A DNA stretch of 64,000 bases, taken from assembly GCA_020348925.1 (NCBI GenBank), contig CP070758.1, forward strand, positions 1,444,469 to 1,508,468, read 5' to 3'. How positions within the stretch are numbered: the first letter of the stretch is position 1; each line of letters opens with the position of its first letter. Shown one piece after another: positions 31,474 to 42,500 of the stretch. Made by a program: the position numbers and the translations under genes. This DNA comes from Gemmatimonadota bacterium (GTDB lineage Bacteria; JBHIER01; G020348925). Under the pieces are notes generated by a model. It saw nothing but the letters and a program-made list of their open reading frames with translations. It was not told where the DNA came from and did not search any database.

Positions 31474-33561
31474 ATGAACGGCTATGCGGGAAAAATACTC
31501 AAAGTGGACTTGACTGAACGAAAAGTCGACGTCATACCTACCAGCACATACCAGCACTGGATGGGCGGACACGGCATGGGCTCGGCCATCTTTTTTGACC
31601 TGGTCAAAGACAAAACAATTGATGGGTTCCATCCCGCCAATGTGGTCACCATGATGACCTCACCACTATCCGCAACCCTGGTACCAGCAGCTTCGGGCCG
31701 AACAGAGGTCCAGGGAATCGGGGTTCAATCCTATCCCATCGGCTGGTTTACGCGAAGTAATCTTGGCGGCAGATTTTCAGGCATGCTGAAGTTTGCCGGA
31801 TGGGACGGGGTTGTTATCCAGGGGAGTGCCGACACACCGGTCTGGATTGACATCAGAGATGGCGATGTTCAAATAAGGGACTGCGCTCCGTTATCGCTCT
31901 GGGGCAAGGAAACATGGGACTGCCAGGAGACCATTTGGGATTACGTGCTCTCAGGTGGCACACCTGATGACTGGATCAGTCCCTCCGGGAAAGAGGGTGG
32001 CAAAACGACCCAGCGCCCGGCGGTGGTTGCCATTGGACCGGCCGGAGAGAATCGAAGCCGGTTAGCCTGTCTGATACACGATGCCAGTAATGCGGCCGGA
32101 CAGGGCGGTTTTGGCGCTGTCTTTGGATCGAAAAACCTCAAGGCGATCAGTGTCATCGGAACCGGGCAGGTGGAAATAAACGATCCAAAAATGCTTCTGG
32201 CGACCCGACTCTGGCAGAAGACAGAATACGCATTTGATCTTGCTCATCTGACACAAACCTGGGGCTCGTTTCAATTTCAGAGCCCACCTGTTCCCATTAT
32301 ATTCTGGAAGGAAGGCCGCCCGAAATTTGACCAGAGACCCCAGGCCTGTATGGGCTGCCATTCTGGATGCCGGGCCAGATACAAAGACGCCGCCGGCAAT
32401 GAAGCGTCATGCTTTGCTTCCGTTTTCTACTGGGATGCCAGAACCCTCGATATCCAGCGGGCAGCCAGCGACCTGATCAATCGTAACGGCCTCAACGCTG
32501 TGGAAATGATCTATGGTCTTTTGTATATCCGTATTCTTCAGCAGAATGGTCAGTTGAAGTCAGCAAAAATCCCTGATTGCCCCCTCGATTTCAGCACCTA
32601 TGGGAGTCACGACTTTATCGAACAATTTGTGAAGATGATCGCCTATGGTAATGATGGCGTGGGCAATGAAAGCCAGTTCGGCAGAGATGTTTCCGGCGGA
32701 TTTGTCAGGGCGGCTGAGAAATGGGGCAGAAGAAAACAGGATTTGGACAGTGGCATCCTGGCGTTTCCCTATTGGGGCATCCCGATACACAAGGAGCCCA
32801 GAGCACAGGTTTACTGGGGTTACGGCACGTTGCTGGGCGACAGGGACATCAATGAGCACGATTTTGACTGGCTCAAATGGGAGGCTACGAGTGCCAAAAG
32901 CTCGGGCAGAGAACCCAGTTTGCCTGCCAAAGAAGTCGTGAAAATCATAACCGACAAAATGGTTCCCTTTCAAGGTGACCTGGATATGCTCGATTTCAGT
33001 GAGAGGAACATCTATTCCGAACACATGGCCAAAATGGTCTCCTGGCAGCGGTATTACACCCGGTTCTGGAAACAATCCATGCTTTTCTGCGATGCCCGCT
33101 GGCCCGATTTCGTCAATAATCACCGACCTGATAAAATTGGGGCAACAGGTATTGCTGAGCCAAAATATGTTAAAGCGGTCACGGGAAGGGACTTCTCCTT
33201 TGAGGATGGAATCGATCTCGGCCGCAAGATATGGAATCTGGACCATGCCATCTGGACCCTTCAGGGCCGCCACAGGGATATGGTCCATTTCTCTGATAAC
33301 GTCTATGAGAAGCAGCCCCTTTTCCAAGCAGATGTCCCTAACGCATACATGCCGGGAAAAGAGAACGGGAAATGGGATTATTACGGCTATTCCCACAGAA
33401 CGCTGGACAGAGACAAATTCGATGAATTCAAAACACGATTCTATCTTCTCCAGGGCTGGGACACAGCCACCGGCTATCCCACCCGCGCGGCCCTGGAACC
33501 GCTGGGCCTTGGATACGTGGCCGATGAGTTGGAAAAAGAAGGCAAACTCGGGAGCGGGTAA
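31474..33561 (+). CDS. Aldehyde:ferredoxin oxidoreductase family (tungstopterin) protein, YdhV-like
   Basis: GYAGKILKVDLT, LKFAGWDG, IGPAGEN, GGFGAVFGSKNLKAI, CMGCHSGC, 'FY..QGWD..TGYPT'. Confidence 0.9.
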   Translation: MNGYAGKILKVDLTERKVDVIPTSTYQHWMGGHGMGSAIFFDLVKDKTIDGFHPANVVTMMTSPLSATLVPAASGRTEVQGIGVQSYPIGWFTRSNLGGRFSGMLKFAGWDGVVIQGSADTPVWIDIRDGDVQIRDCAPLSLWGKETWDCQETIWDYVLSGGTPDDWISPSGKEGGKTTQRPAVVAIGPAGENRSRLACLIHDASNAAGQGGFGAVFGSKNLKAISVIGTGQVEINDPKMLLATRLWQKTEYAFDLAHLTQTWGSFQFQSPPVPIIFWKEGRPKFDQRPQACMGCHSGCRARYKDAAGNEASCFASVFYWDARTLDIQRAASDLINRNGLNAVEMIYGLLYIRILQQNGQLKSAKIPDCPLDFSTYGSHDFIEQFVKMIAYGNDGVGNESQFGRDVSGGFVRAAEKWGRRKQDLDSGILAFPYWGIPIHKEPRAQVYWGYGTLLGDRDINEHDFDWLKWEATSAKSSGREPSLPAKEVVKIITDKMVPFQGDLDMLDFSERNIYSEHMAKMVSWQRYYTRFWKQSMLFCDARWPDFVNNHRPDKIGATGIAEPKYVKAVTGRDFSFEDGIDLGRKIWNLDHAIWTLQGRHRDMVHFSDNVYEKQPLFQADVPNAYMPGKENGKWDYYGYSHRTLDRDKFDEFKTRFYLLQGWDTATGYPTRAALEPLGLGYVADELEKEGKLGSG

Positions 33562-34058
33562 ACCAACGATCAAGTCCAGATGGTCATATCTTTTCAGCCT
33601 GCTGTGGGTTTCATTGATTCAAGACTTCACTACTGCTGTTCAGAACACCGCACCTGGAGATTCCGGATCCAATGCCTGTAAGTCCGTTGCTCACGGGAAA
33701 CACAGCGGAAGCTTAAGACCTATAAAAGGGTGGAAAACGTGCACTCCCGAAGCCGGGAATGGATTCTCAAAAACTGTCGGAAACCGTTGAATACGTGGCT
33801 GGACCAAAGTTCAACACCGAAGGCAGTATTGTGATCAAGGACGGATACATCGGCATGGGGGTTAGGCTTCAGTAAAATTTTTTCTGGTACACTTCTTGGT
33901 TTCTACGACTTTTGGAGAAATTATTCTCTGCAACTAAAAAAATAGAAAGTGAGGTTTATCCTTAATAATCTCACTCCGACCTCTCAAAGCCTCTCAATAG
34001 TTCTTACCTGTTAAAACCTTCGCAAGGGTAAGGTCGGCGTCATCAATTCAAATGGTAT

Positions 34059-35411
34059 TCAAAACTTCAATGTAAAAACCGTCTCCTCAAAGGCTTTCGA
34101 TTGCACACTCATCGATCCCCGGTGCAGTCGCATGATCTGCCTGGACAGACTGAGGCCGATTCCTGAACCATCCTTTTTCGTGGTAAAAAAAGGAATAAAG
34201 ATCTTTTCCAGTGCTTCTTCGACTATTCCGGGTCCGTTGTCGGAGGCCTGAATAATGACTCTCCCTCCGTCCAGATGGGAACGAAGTTTGATCGCAGCCC
34301 CGGGTTGATTATCGACAGCCTCAATCGCATTCAGCACAATATTGATGAGCACCTGTTCGATCAATTCCGGATCTGCCGTGAGTTCGAGGGTCTCCGGTTC
34401 AATGTGGGTCGAAAAGTGAATAGATTTGTCTTTTAACTGCCCATTCATGAGCTGTTGAACCCGTTCGAACAGTGTTGAAACGGGAACGATGTGGAAGTAT
34501 GGCTTGGGGAGGCGCGTCAGCTTTCTGTAGGATTCGACAAAGTGGAGGAGCCCCTGGCTGCGCCGTTCTATCGTCTGGACAGCACCCCGTATGTCATCGA
34601 TGGTTTCCATGCTGACCGAGCCGTTGTTTCCGTTCCCATTCGAAACATCATACAACATGTCCTGAGCCGTCGAAGCCAGTGATGAAATGGGCGTAATGGA
34701 ATTCATAATTTCATGGGTTAAAACCCGAATCAGATTTTGCCACGCTTCCATCTCTTTCTCTTCCAACTCGCTCTGAATATTCTGTAATGAAACAAGAGTT
34801 AAATTTTCCCCGCCGAGCTTAAATTCCGTAGCGTACAGGGCCAGTTGCTGCATTTCACCGCAATTTTCAACTTTTACCAGTGTCTTCTCCCCCGATTTCA
34901 TACGAAGCATCGCATCCACCAACGGTTCGCTCGACGAACTGAGCGAGTGAATGTTTTTCAAACGCGGTACTCCCAGTAACCGTTTCGCCGCTGTGTTGAC
35001 GAGCTCTACTTCCCCATCCCGATGGAAAGAGATCAAGCCCATACCCACATGCTGGACGACGGTTTGCAGATAGCGGTATTGCTCTTCCTTTTCCGAGCGT
35101 GTCCGCCGGAAAGCGTTCAGAACTTCTGAGAACGATGCTCTCAATTCGTCGAAAGATGATCCCAATCCCCTGCCCGTAAAGGACTGTGAAAAATCCGAAT
35201 ATCGGATCGATTCGAGGAAACGGGTCAGATCCCGATTTGTCTTTTCGACAAAATGAATAAGACCGTACATTTGATACACAGCAACAACGGCAAGGATAAA
35301 GGTCATGGCAAAGGATGTGATCTCGAAGGTGGTATAGAAGAGAAGACACAAGGTGATGCCGAGAAGTATCACACGGATGATGCAGCGGAAACGAAAATGC
35401 TTAAAGATCAT
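34059..35411 (-). CDS. Sensor histidine kinase (NtrY-like)
   Basis: 'AWQNLIRVLTHEIMNS', 'IFIPFFTTK..GSGIGLSL'. Confidence 0.92.
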   Translation of the reverse strand: MIFKHFRFRCIIRVILLGITLCLLFYTTFEITSFAMTFILAVVAVYQMYGLIHFVEKTNRDLTRFLESIRYSDFSQSFTGRGLGSSFDELRASFSEVLNAFRRTRSEKEEQYRYLQTVVQHVGMGLISFHRDGEVELVNTAAKRLLGVPRLKNIHSLSSSSEPLVDAMLRMKSGEKTLVKVENCGEMQQLALYATEFKLGGENLTLVSLQNIQSELEEKEMEAWQNLIRVLTHEIMNSITPISSLASTAQDMLYDVSNGNGNNGSVSMETIDDIRGAVQTIERRSQGLLHFVESYRKLTRLPKPYFHIVPVSTLFERVQQLMNGQLKDKSIHFSTHIEPETLELTADPELIEQVLINIVLNAIEAVDNQPGAAIKLRSHLDGGRVIIQASDNGPGIVEEALEKIFIPFFTTKKDGSGIGLSLSRQIMRLHRGSMSVQSKAFEETVFTLKF

Positions 35412-36777
35412 ATTTCTCCAGCCTGCGATACAGGGACGTCCGAGTCAGCCCCAATTCCTGGGCTGCTTGGCTGACATTCCCACCGTGTTTGCTGAGCACC
35501 TTTCGGATGACGGTTTTCTCCACCTCGTCGAGATGAAGATTGTCAAAGACGAAGCCTTTTCTTTCCACATCCGGTGCTTTCAGAAGAAAATCGGATGGTT
35601 GGAGCACTTGTGAATCACTCATAATGACTGCACGCTCTATGGCGTGACGCAGTTCCCGAATATTCCCTGGCCAATGGTATTTCTGCAGTTTTCGCATGGT
35701 GGCAGGTGTGATCCGTATGTATGGTTTATGGTATTTTTTTGCGTACATCGCCAGGAAATGATCCACAAGCAAGGGAATATCCTCCATTCGCTCGCGGAGG
35801 GAGGGCAGGTGGATCTCAACGGTATTAATGCGATACAGAAGATCCTGTCGGAATGTATGGAGGCCCACCATTTCATGAATCGGCATATTGGTCGCGCAGA
35901 CGAGACGGACATCTACGGATCGCGGCTTGTGAGAACCAAGACGGATCACGTGACGATTCTCCAGTACTGAAAGCAATTTGGCCTGGAGGGGCAGAGAAAG
36001 ATTGCCGATCTCATCAAGAAACAGTGTTCCTCCGGATGCAACCTCAAAGCGCCCGGCCCGATCTTCTTTGGCATCCGTGAAGGCTCCTTTGACATGGCCG
36101 AAGAGCTCGCTCTCGAAAAGTGTTTCCGTCAGAGCGCCCATGTCGACGCTGATGAAGACTTCCTTGGCACGCAGCGATTGGCGGTGGAGGGACCGGGCCA
36201 CCAACTCCTTGCCCGTCCCGTTCTCACCGAGAATCAAGACATTGGCCTCGGTCTGGGCGACCTTCCGAACAGCTGAAAAGACGGGTTCCATAGCAGAACA
36301 TTGGCCGATAAAATCCCGAAAACGCTGATCAAGATCGGCACTCAATTGTCTCTGTCTCGAACGAAGGTGATCGACCTCTGTCCGAGATTGCCGCAGGCAC
36401 ATTCCTGCCGACACGGTCGCCAGCAGTTTTTCATTCTGCCACGGTTTGAGAATAAAATCGGTTGCCCCCTCTTTGACGGCCCGGACGGCCATCTCCACAT
36501 CCCCGTATGCGGTTATCAGGACAACCACAGCCTGCGGATCGATTTCCAGAATCCTGCTGAGCCAGAAGAAACCTTCCTGACCGCTGGTGACGTCCCGCGC
36601 AAAATTCATGTCCAGAAGGATGACATCGTAGGTCTCATTTTTGAGAAGCGATGGGATTGTCTCCGGATTTTTTTCCGTGTGTACCACGCTGACGTGCTGC
36701 TTGAGCAAGAGCTTCCCAGCCAGGAGAACATCCTCATCATCATCGACGATAAGGATTTTACCATATTTCCCACTCAT
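35401..36777 (-). CDS. Sigma-54-dependent response regulator (receiver, AAA+, Fis HTH)
   Basis: GENGTGKE, ESELFGH, GAFTDA, DLLYRIN, WPGNIREL. Confidence 0.95.
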   Translation of the reverse strand: MSGKYGKILIVDDDEDVLLAGKLLLKQHVSVVHTEKNPETIPSLLKNETYDVILLDMNFARDVTSGQEGFFWLSRILEIDPQAVVVLITAYGDVEMAVRAVKEGATDFILKPWQNEKLLATVSAGMCLRQSRTEVDHLRSRQRQLSADLDQRFRDFIGQCSAMEPVFSAVRKVAQTEANVLILGENGTGKELVARSLHRQSLRAKEVFISVDMGALTETLFESELFGHVKGAFTDAKEDRAGRFEVASGGTLFLDEIGNLSLPLQAKLLSVLENRHVIRLGSHKPRSVDVRLVCATNMPIHEMVGLHTFRQDLLYRINTVEIHLPSLRERMEDIPLLVDHFLAMYAKKYHKPYIRITPATMRKLQKYHWPGNIRELRHAIERAVIMSDSQVLQPSDFLLKAPDVERKGFVFDNLHLDEVEKTVIRKVLSKHGGNVSQAAQELGLTRTSLYRRLEKYDL

Positions 36778-36963
36778 TCATTACCCTCTTCCAATAGTTG
36801 TATCAGATCATGCGTAACTATGCACACCGATTTTCATCCAACCATCCAATTTCTCGATGTTCCTGTCAGAGGGCAGAACCCTCGATCCTACAGTACCAAG
36901 ACACAGAAAGGTCCTCGGATGTTTCAGCCGTTCACCCGATTCGGTATGAGGTATCGCCGGATC

Positions 36964-37000
36964 GTCCGTTTTCGGACACGTTGTGTTACGCCAGCGGACA
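36964..37000 (+). promoter_or_regulatory. Putative enhancer (UAS) for the sigma-54 activator
   Basis: Palindrome GTCCG-TTTT-CGGAC at 36964-36977 and a degenerate second copy ending CGGACA at 37000. Confidence 0.55.
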
Positions 37001-37033
37001 CATCGACACGCGCTTTCCGATCCTGTCTATCCA

Positions 37034-37046
37034 CAAGTTGTTGATA
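37034..37046 (-). promoter_or_regulatory. IHF-type binding site
   Basis: TATCAACAACTTG matches WATCAANNNNTTR; lies between the UAS and the -24/-12 element. Confidence 0.65.
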
Positions 37047-37064
37047 GACAGCAGGTGAATACAA

Positions 37065-37080
37065 TGGCATGTTCTTTGCG
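37065..37080 (+). promoter_or_regulatory. Sigma-54 (-24/-12) promoter
   Basis: TGGCAT-GTTCT-TTGCG with GG-N10-GC spacing. Confidence 0.85.
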
Positions 37081-37138
37081 AAATCAAACAGTGCACAATG
37101 ATGAGTCAATGTTTTGAAACGAGGCAAGAACCGCAGAT

Positions 37139-38389
37139 ATGGACCGAATACTTGAAAAAAAGAAATGGCCGCCTAAAAAGATTGCCGGCATCTCCTTCGT
37201 AGTATTCTTCTGTGGAGCAATCATTTACGGTTTTTTCTTGGCGGATCGCAGTTCGAAATTGAACATCGATGCCGAAAAAATAACGATCGCCGAGGTTACC
37301 AGGGACCAATTTCAGGAATCTATTCCCGTCATCGGAAACGTCCTCCCCATCAAAACGGTTTATCTTGACGCCGTTGAAGGCGGTAGAGTTGAGACACGAT
37401 TCGTTGAGGCAGGAACCCTCGTCCAGGAAGGGGATAAAATCCTGAAACTGTCCAACACGAATCTTCTCCTGGACATTATGTATCGTGAAGCTCAATTGTT
37501 CGAACAAAGCAACAATCTCCGGAACAGTCGGCTGCTCATGGAACAGAACCGACTCGCTTTACGACGAGAACTTGCCGAGATCAACTATAATATTAAAAGC
37601 CAGAAACGCCTTTTCGAGCGTCGTGCCCAGCTGGCGGAAAAGAAACTCATTTCCCAGGAAGAATACGAACAGGCCAAGGATGACTATGAATTTCTCATTA
37701 AAAAAAGAGATCTTACCATCGAAACGCAAAAGCAGGACTCGCTCTTCCGGCAGATGCAAATTACCCAGTTGGAGGCATCCCTCGAGCGCATGGAGTCCAA
37801 TCTCGTCATTGCCAAACAAAAGCTGGATAATCTCATCATCAATGCGCCAGTAACCGGCGCCCTCACCTCACTCAACGCGGAGATCGGCGAGTCCAAAGCG
37901 GCGGGCGAGCGCCTGGGACAAATTGATGTTTTGGAGGGTTTTAAGGTCAGGGCTGCGATCGATGAGCACTATCTCCATCGTATTGAAATCGGTCGATCCG
38001 GCACCTTTGACTTTGCCGGAAATTCATACCGTCTGACGATCAATAAAATTTACCCCGAAGTACAAGAGGGTCGGTTTGAGGTCGACATGGAATTTATGGG
38101 GGCAGAGCCGGTGGGAATACGGCGCGGTCAAACGCTCCACATCCGTCTGGACCTGGGAGATCTGTCGGAGGCGATCCTCATCCCCAGAGGAGGATTCTAC
38201 CAATCGACCGGCGGTCAATGGGTGTATGTCCTGAGTGAATCCGGTGCGTACGCCACGAAGAGAGCCACAAAGCTGGGGAGACAAAATCCTGAGAAGTACG
38301 AAGTCCTCGAAGGTTTAAAGCCCGGTGAGCAGGTGATCACGTCATCCTACGATACCTTCGGTGATTTTGATAAGCTGATTTTAAAATAA
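37139..38389 (+). CDS. Efflux periplasmic adaptor (membrane fusion protein, HlyD/MacA-like)
   Basis: N-terminal TM, 'DAVEGGRVE', coiled coil, 'APVTG', 'EVLEGLKPGE.VI'. Confidence 0.9.
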   Translation: MDRILEKKKWPPKKIAGISFVVFFCGAIIYGFFLADRSSKLNIDAEKITIAEVTRDQFQESIPVIGNVLPIKTVYLDAVEGGRVETRFVEAGTLVQEGDKILKLSNTNLLLDIMYREAQLFEQSNNLRNSRLLMEQNRLALRRELAEINYNIKSQKRLFERRAQLAEKKLISQEEYEQAKDDYEFLIKKRDLTIETQKQDSLFRQMQITQLEASLERMESNLVIAKQKLDNLIINAPVTGALTSLNAEIGESKAAGERLGQIDVLEGFKVRAAIDEHYLHRIEIGRSGTFDFAGNSYRLTINKIYPEVQEGRFEVDMEFMGAEPVGIRRGQTLHIRLDLGDLSEAILIPRGGFYQSTGGQWVYVLSESGAYATKRATKLGRQNPEKYEVLEGLKPGEQVITSSYDTFGDFDKLILK

Positions 38390-38667
38390 GTCATCCGGTC
38401 CGAGCGAATGGCCGTCCATTGACATCAACGTGGAGTGAAAAAAATGCAAGGCTTTTAATCTGGAAGGCGGAAGAAGGACAGGTGTTGACACTTCATGGGA
38501 GAGGGTCATCAAGGAACACGGAACATCGAGGGAACCGCAGGAGCACGACCAGAAAAAGAACATTCCGTTTCACACGTCGCACACATATCGTTGAACACCT
38601 GATACAGAAAGTACGCTCCTGAGTTTCAGGACGATATCGCACACCAATCATAAAAAAGGACAAAGCG

Positions 38668-39357
38668 ATGATTAAGACGAGGAATCTGAAAAAGATTTTC
38701 AGAACCGAGGAAATTGAAACGACGGCGTTGAATAATGTCAATTTTGAGGTGGCCGAGGGAGAGTTTGTCTCCATCATGGGACCCTCCGGATGCGGAAAAT
38801 CGACGCTGCTCCACCTTCTTGGTCTTCTCGATAATCCGACCGACGGCCAATACTTCTTCCTCGATCACGAGGTCTCAAAATATTCCGAGCGGCAGCGGGC
38901 TCATCTGAGGAAGAATAATATCGGCTTCGTCTTTCAAAGTTTCAACCTGATCGACGAGCTCACCGTTTTCGAGAATGTCGAACTGCCCCTGCTCTATCTG
39001 AAAGTTTCTGCGTCGCAGCGAAAAAAGCGCGTCAATGATGTCCTCGAACAGATGCAGATCATGCACCGCAAAAATCACTTTCCGCAGCAACTGTCAGGAG
39101 GTCAGCAGCAGCGGGTCGCCGTAGCCCGTGCCGTTATCGCCAATCCAAAGCTTATTCTCGCCGACGAGCCGACGGGAAATCTCGATTCGGCTCACGGTGA
39201 TGAGGTCATGAAGTTGTTAACAGAACTGCACGAAAGGGGCACGACCATCATTATTGTCACCCATTCGCCTGCGTATGCGGAATACGGCCACAGAATGGTA
39301 CACCTCTTCGACGGACATATTGTAACCGAAAACATCCGGAGTGAATTTAAGCTGTAA
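38668..39357 (+). CDS. ABC transporter ATP-binding protein (MacB/LolD-like, stand-alone)
   Basis: [36 protein letters not shown]. Confidence 0.95.
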   Translation: MIKTRNLKKIFRTEEIETTALNNVNFEVAEGEFVSIMGPSGCGKSTLLHLLGLLDNPTDGQYFFLDHEVSKYSERQRAHLRKNNIGFVFQSFNLIDELTVFENVELPLLYLKVSASQRKKRVNDVLEQMQIMHRKNHFPQQLSGGQQQRVAVARAVIANPKLILADEPTGNLDSAHGDEVMKLLTELHERGTTIIIVTHSPAYAEYGHRMVHLFDGHIVTENIRSEFKL

Positions 39358-39538
39358 GCCGACTCAGGGAATGATTCGAAAGGAGGTGGAAATTATGCAT
39401 CTTACGACATAGAAAAGATACATTGATTCCAGGGGTTCAGGGCAAATGGTGCGCATTCCTACTACCGCTGCACAACTCAGAACTTCACAGCGACACAGCG
39501 GCTCATTCTTCTGAAACGCAAGAGAAGGAGATACGAAA

Positions 39539-42500
39539 GTGAAAAAAATACTACCCACAATCGTCGCTTTTGTTGTCACAACAACTTTTTGTCTCACAGT
39601 ACTGCGTTGTGAGGTGCGTGCCGATATTCTTTTGCCTGAAAATCCCACCTGGCAAATGCAATCCGGGAGCTTTCCCACAGGTCTGGGCTGGGCCGATATC
39701 GATGGTGATGGCTGGCTCGATCTTGTTGTCACCAACGGACTTGATGTTTTCGACGACCATAATGTGGTCTATTTTAACAATCACGGTGAACTGCCGGACT
39801 CACCGGGATGGATTTCCGACAACGTCATGCCGGGGGACTGTATTTACCTCGGCGACCTCGATAATGACGGTGATCCTGACCTGACCGTCGCCAGCCTGGG
39901 CATCACGAACAACGGCAGCCTTACTCGGGAACACCGCTTTATCTATTACAATAACGACGGTCTCTCCCTTTCACCGGACTGGATGACGCCTCTGGGCAAC
40001 TCGTTCTCATGCACAGGGGGTGATCCTGATGGAGATGGCGATATTGATATCGTCTTCGGACAGGGTGACTACGCGACAGCAAATTTACAGAAATCGAGAT
40101 TATATTTCAACAATGGTGGTCTCTTCGACACGCTTTCCTTCTGGGAGACGGATTTCCCCTATTACGCCGATGAAGTCGTTTTTGGGGACGTCGACAACGA
40201 CGGCGATCTCGACCTCATCCTCGGTAATGAGCGCACGGTGGACAACCTCGGCATACCCGGCATAGTTCTCTTTTATAATCACAACGGAACGCTCGAGACG
40301 ACCCCGTCGTGGCATACGAATGCAATTGTCGGGGGTCGGCAGATGGATTTTGGTGACGTCGATGGGGACGGATACCTGGATCTTGCGGTGGCCGAGCCCA
40401 CGGGAAGTTATCGCCTCTTCAGGAATCGCAACGGAACTCTGGACACCACACCCTCATGGACTGCCGAAGCAAACGAAGCCTCCGCCGTTTCCTGGGGCGA
40501 CGCGGATGGTGACGGCGATCTCGATCTGGCCGCCGGCGCCTGGTTTTCACCCTTCGGTATTTTCGAAAATATCGAAGGGGCGCTGACGGACACCTTCGTG
40601 TGGTCCTACAGCGGATCCGCAGTCCAGCAATTCGCCTGGGGAGATGTTGATGGTGACTATCTCCCCGATACCCTTCAGGTCATCGTTACCGACGGGACCA
40701 AAAAATTGTTCTATCTCGACAGAAGAAATCTTCACGAGATATCCTCGGTCGCATTGAACGGGACACCTCTGGATCTCGACCAGTACTGTTACGACCTCAT
40801 TCAGGGTTGGGTATCCCTGGGTATCCTCCCGCAAGCCGGAGAGACGCTCACCATAGGCTACACGTATTCAAAGGATCTTGACCTGGCCGTAACCGATTGG
40901 GAACGAGTCAGAGTCTTTGAGAATTTGGTGTTTTCCACTGATTTCGTGGCCGAACCACTGACAGGTCACAGGCCTCTGTCCGTGCAGTTTACGAACCGAT
41001 CGCAGACACTGTTACCAGAGCATATCTGGGCCTGGGACATCGACACCGACGGCACGATCGATTCCGACGAACAGCATCCGACCTGGACGTACGAGGAGCT
41101 CGGCCTCTACACCGTCAGTCTGGAGTTTTCGAGCGGCTTATACTCTGAAAGACAAATCCGTGAGGACTATATTCGTGTCTTCGACGGAGAAAGTGCCCTC
41201 CTCTTCAACAATCCCCCGTGCTACGCCACATGTCCTGCCACACCGGATCTGGAACTCTCCGGCACATTTACCATCGAGGCCTGGATATATCCCCACGATT
41301 GGGGCATTTTTCAGACACTGGGACTCGGGCGGGTGGTCGATAAGATGAATATTTCGCTGTACCTCGTCAATTCGTACCTCTCCCTCAACAGGCACAGTCT
41401 CGCGCTCCAGATGATCCACGACGACGGAACCGTCAGTTATTCAAATTCGCCGGAAAATTCCCTCGCTCTCAACGAATGGCAGCACGTGGCCGTGACGTAC
41501 GATGGTCAAGCGAATGTCAGCATGTATATCAACGGTGCGCAACAGACGGTCACTCACAGGACACCGCCGTCGGGCAGCATCAGAGAGAACAGAGACGAAG
41601 ACGTGGTCATAGGCACTTCTCCGGACCACGGTTGGACGTACCTCGGCCTTATCGATGAGGTTCGCATCTGGAACAGAACTCGGACTGCGGAGCAGATCCT
41701 GGCCAACATGAATTTCTCTCTGTGCGGCAACCAGCCCGACCTGGTGGGTTACTGGCAGATGAACGAGGGCAACGGCGCAATCCTTCTGGATCATTCCGGA
41801 CACGAACACAACTGCAGCATCGTTAATCTCTTATGGAGAGAGGGTGCACCTCTGAGTCAATCGTCGGCCGACACTGACGAAGACGGTGTCTCCGACTGTA
41901 TCGACAACTGTCCCGAAAACTACAATCCCGGCCAGGAGGATGGTGATGAGGAAGGTGTCGGTGACCTCTGCGACAACTGTCCGGACGACGTCAATCCGGA
42001 TCAGCAGGATAGCGATAACGACGGTATCGGTGACCCCTGCGACACCTGCATGGACTCCGACGGCGACGGGTACGGCGATCCCGGCTATCCAACCAATACC
42101 TGTCAGGAGGATAACTGCCCCGCGGTCTACAATCCGGACCAGGCCGAGGTCGAGAGGGGCAACATCGACTGCGGGGGAGGCATCGACGTCCTGGATGTTC
42201 TGGCCGTTGTCAATCACATTCTGGGGACAACACCTCTGATCGGCGGCCCTCTCGTTCGGGCCGACTGCAACGCCGACGGAAGTGTGGACATCCTGGACGC
42301 CCTGGGCATTGTGAACGCTATTTTGGGTACTGGCGCATGTTCCCCTGCACTCAGGCCGCTGGTCAATCCCGATGTGATCCGCTACTGCCGGTCCCTCAAA
42401 GCATACCTGTCTCCCGAGGACTTTTCTCAGTTCATGGCTCTTTTAAAATCCGAGACGGCACTACCAACTGAATACGGTTTGACCCAAAATTACCCCAATC

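Noticed and set aside
32560-33790. Long overlapping ORFs 32560-33573 (-) and 32975-33790 (+)
   Set aside because: Overlap the AOR gene and show no recognisable motifs
33562-34058. Possible gene remnant in the 500-bp intergenic region
   Set aside because: Only short open frames with no recognisable homology
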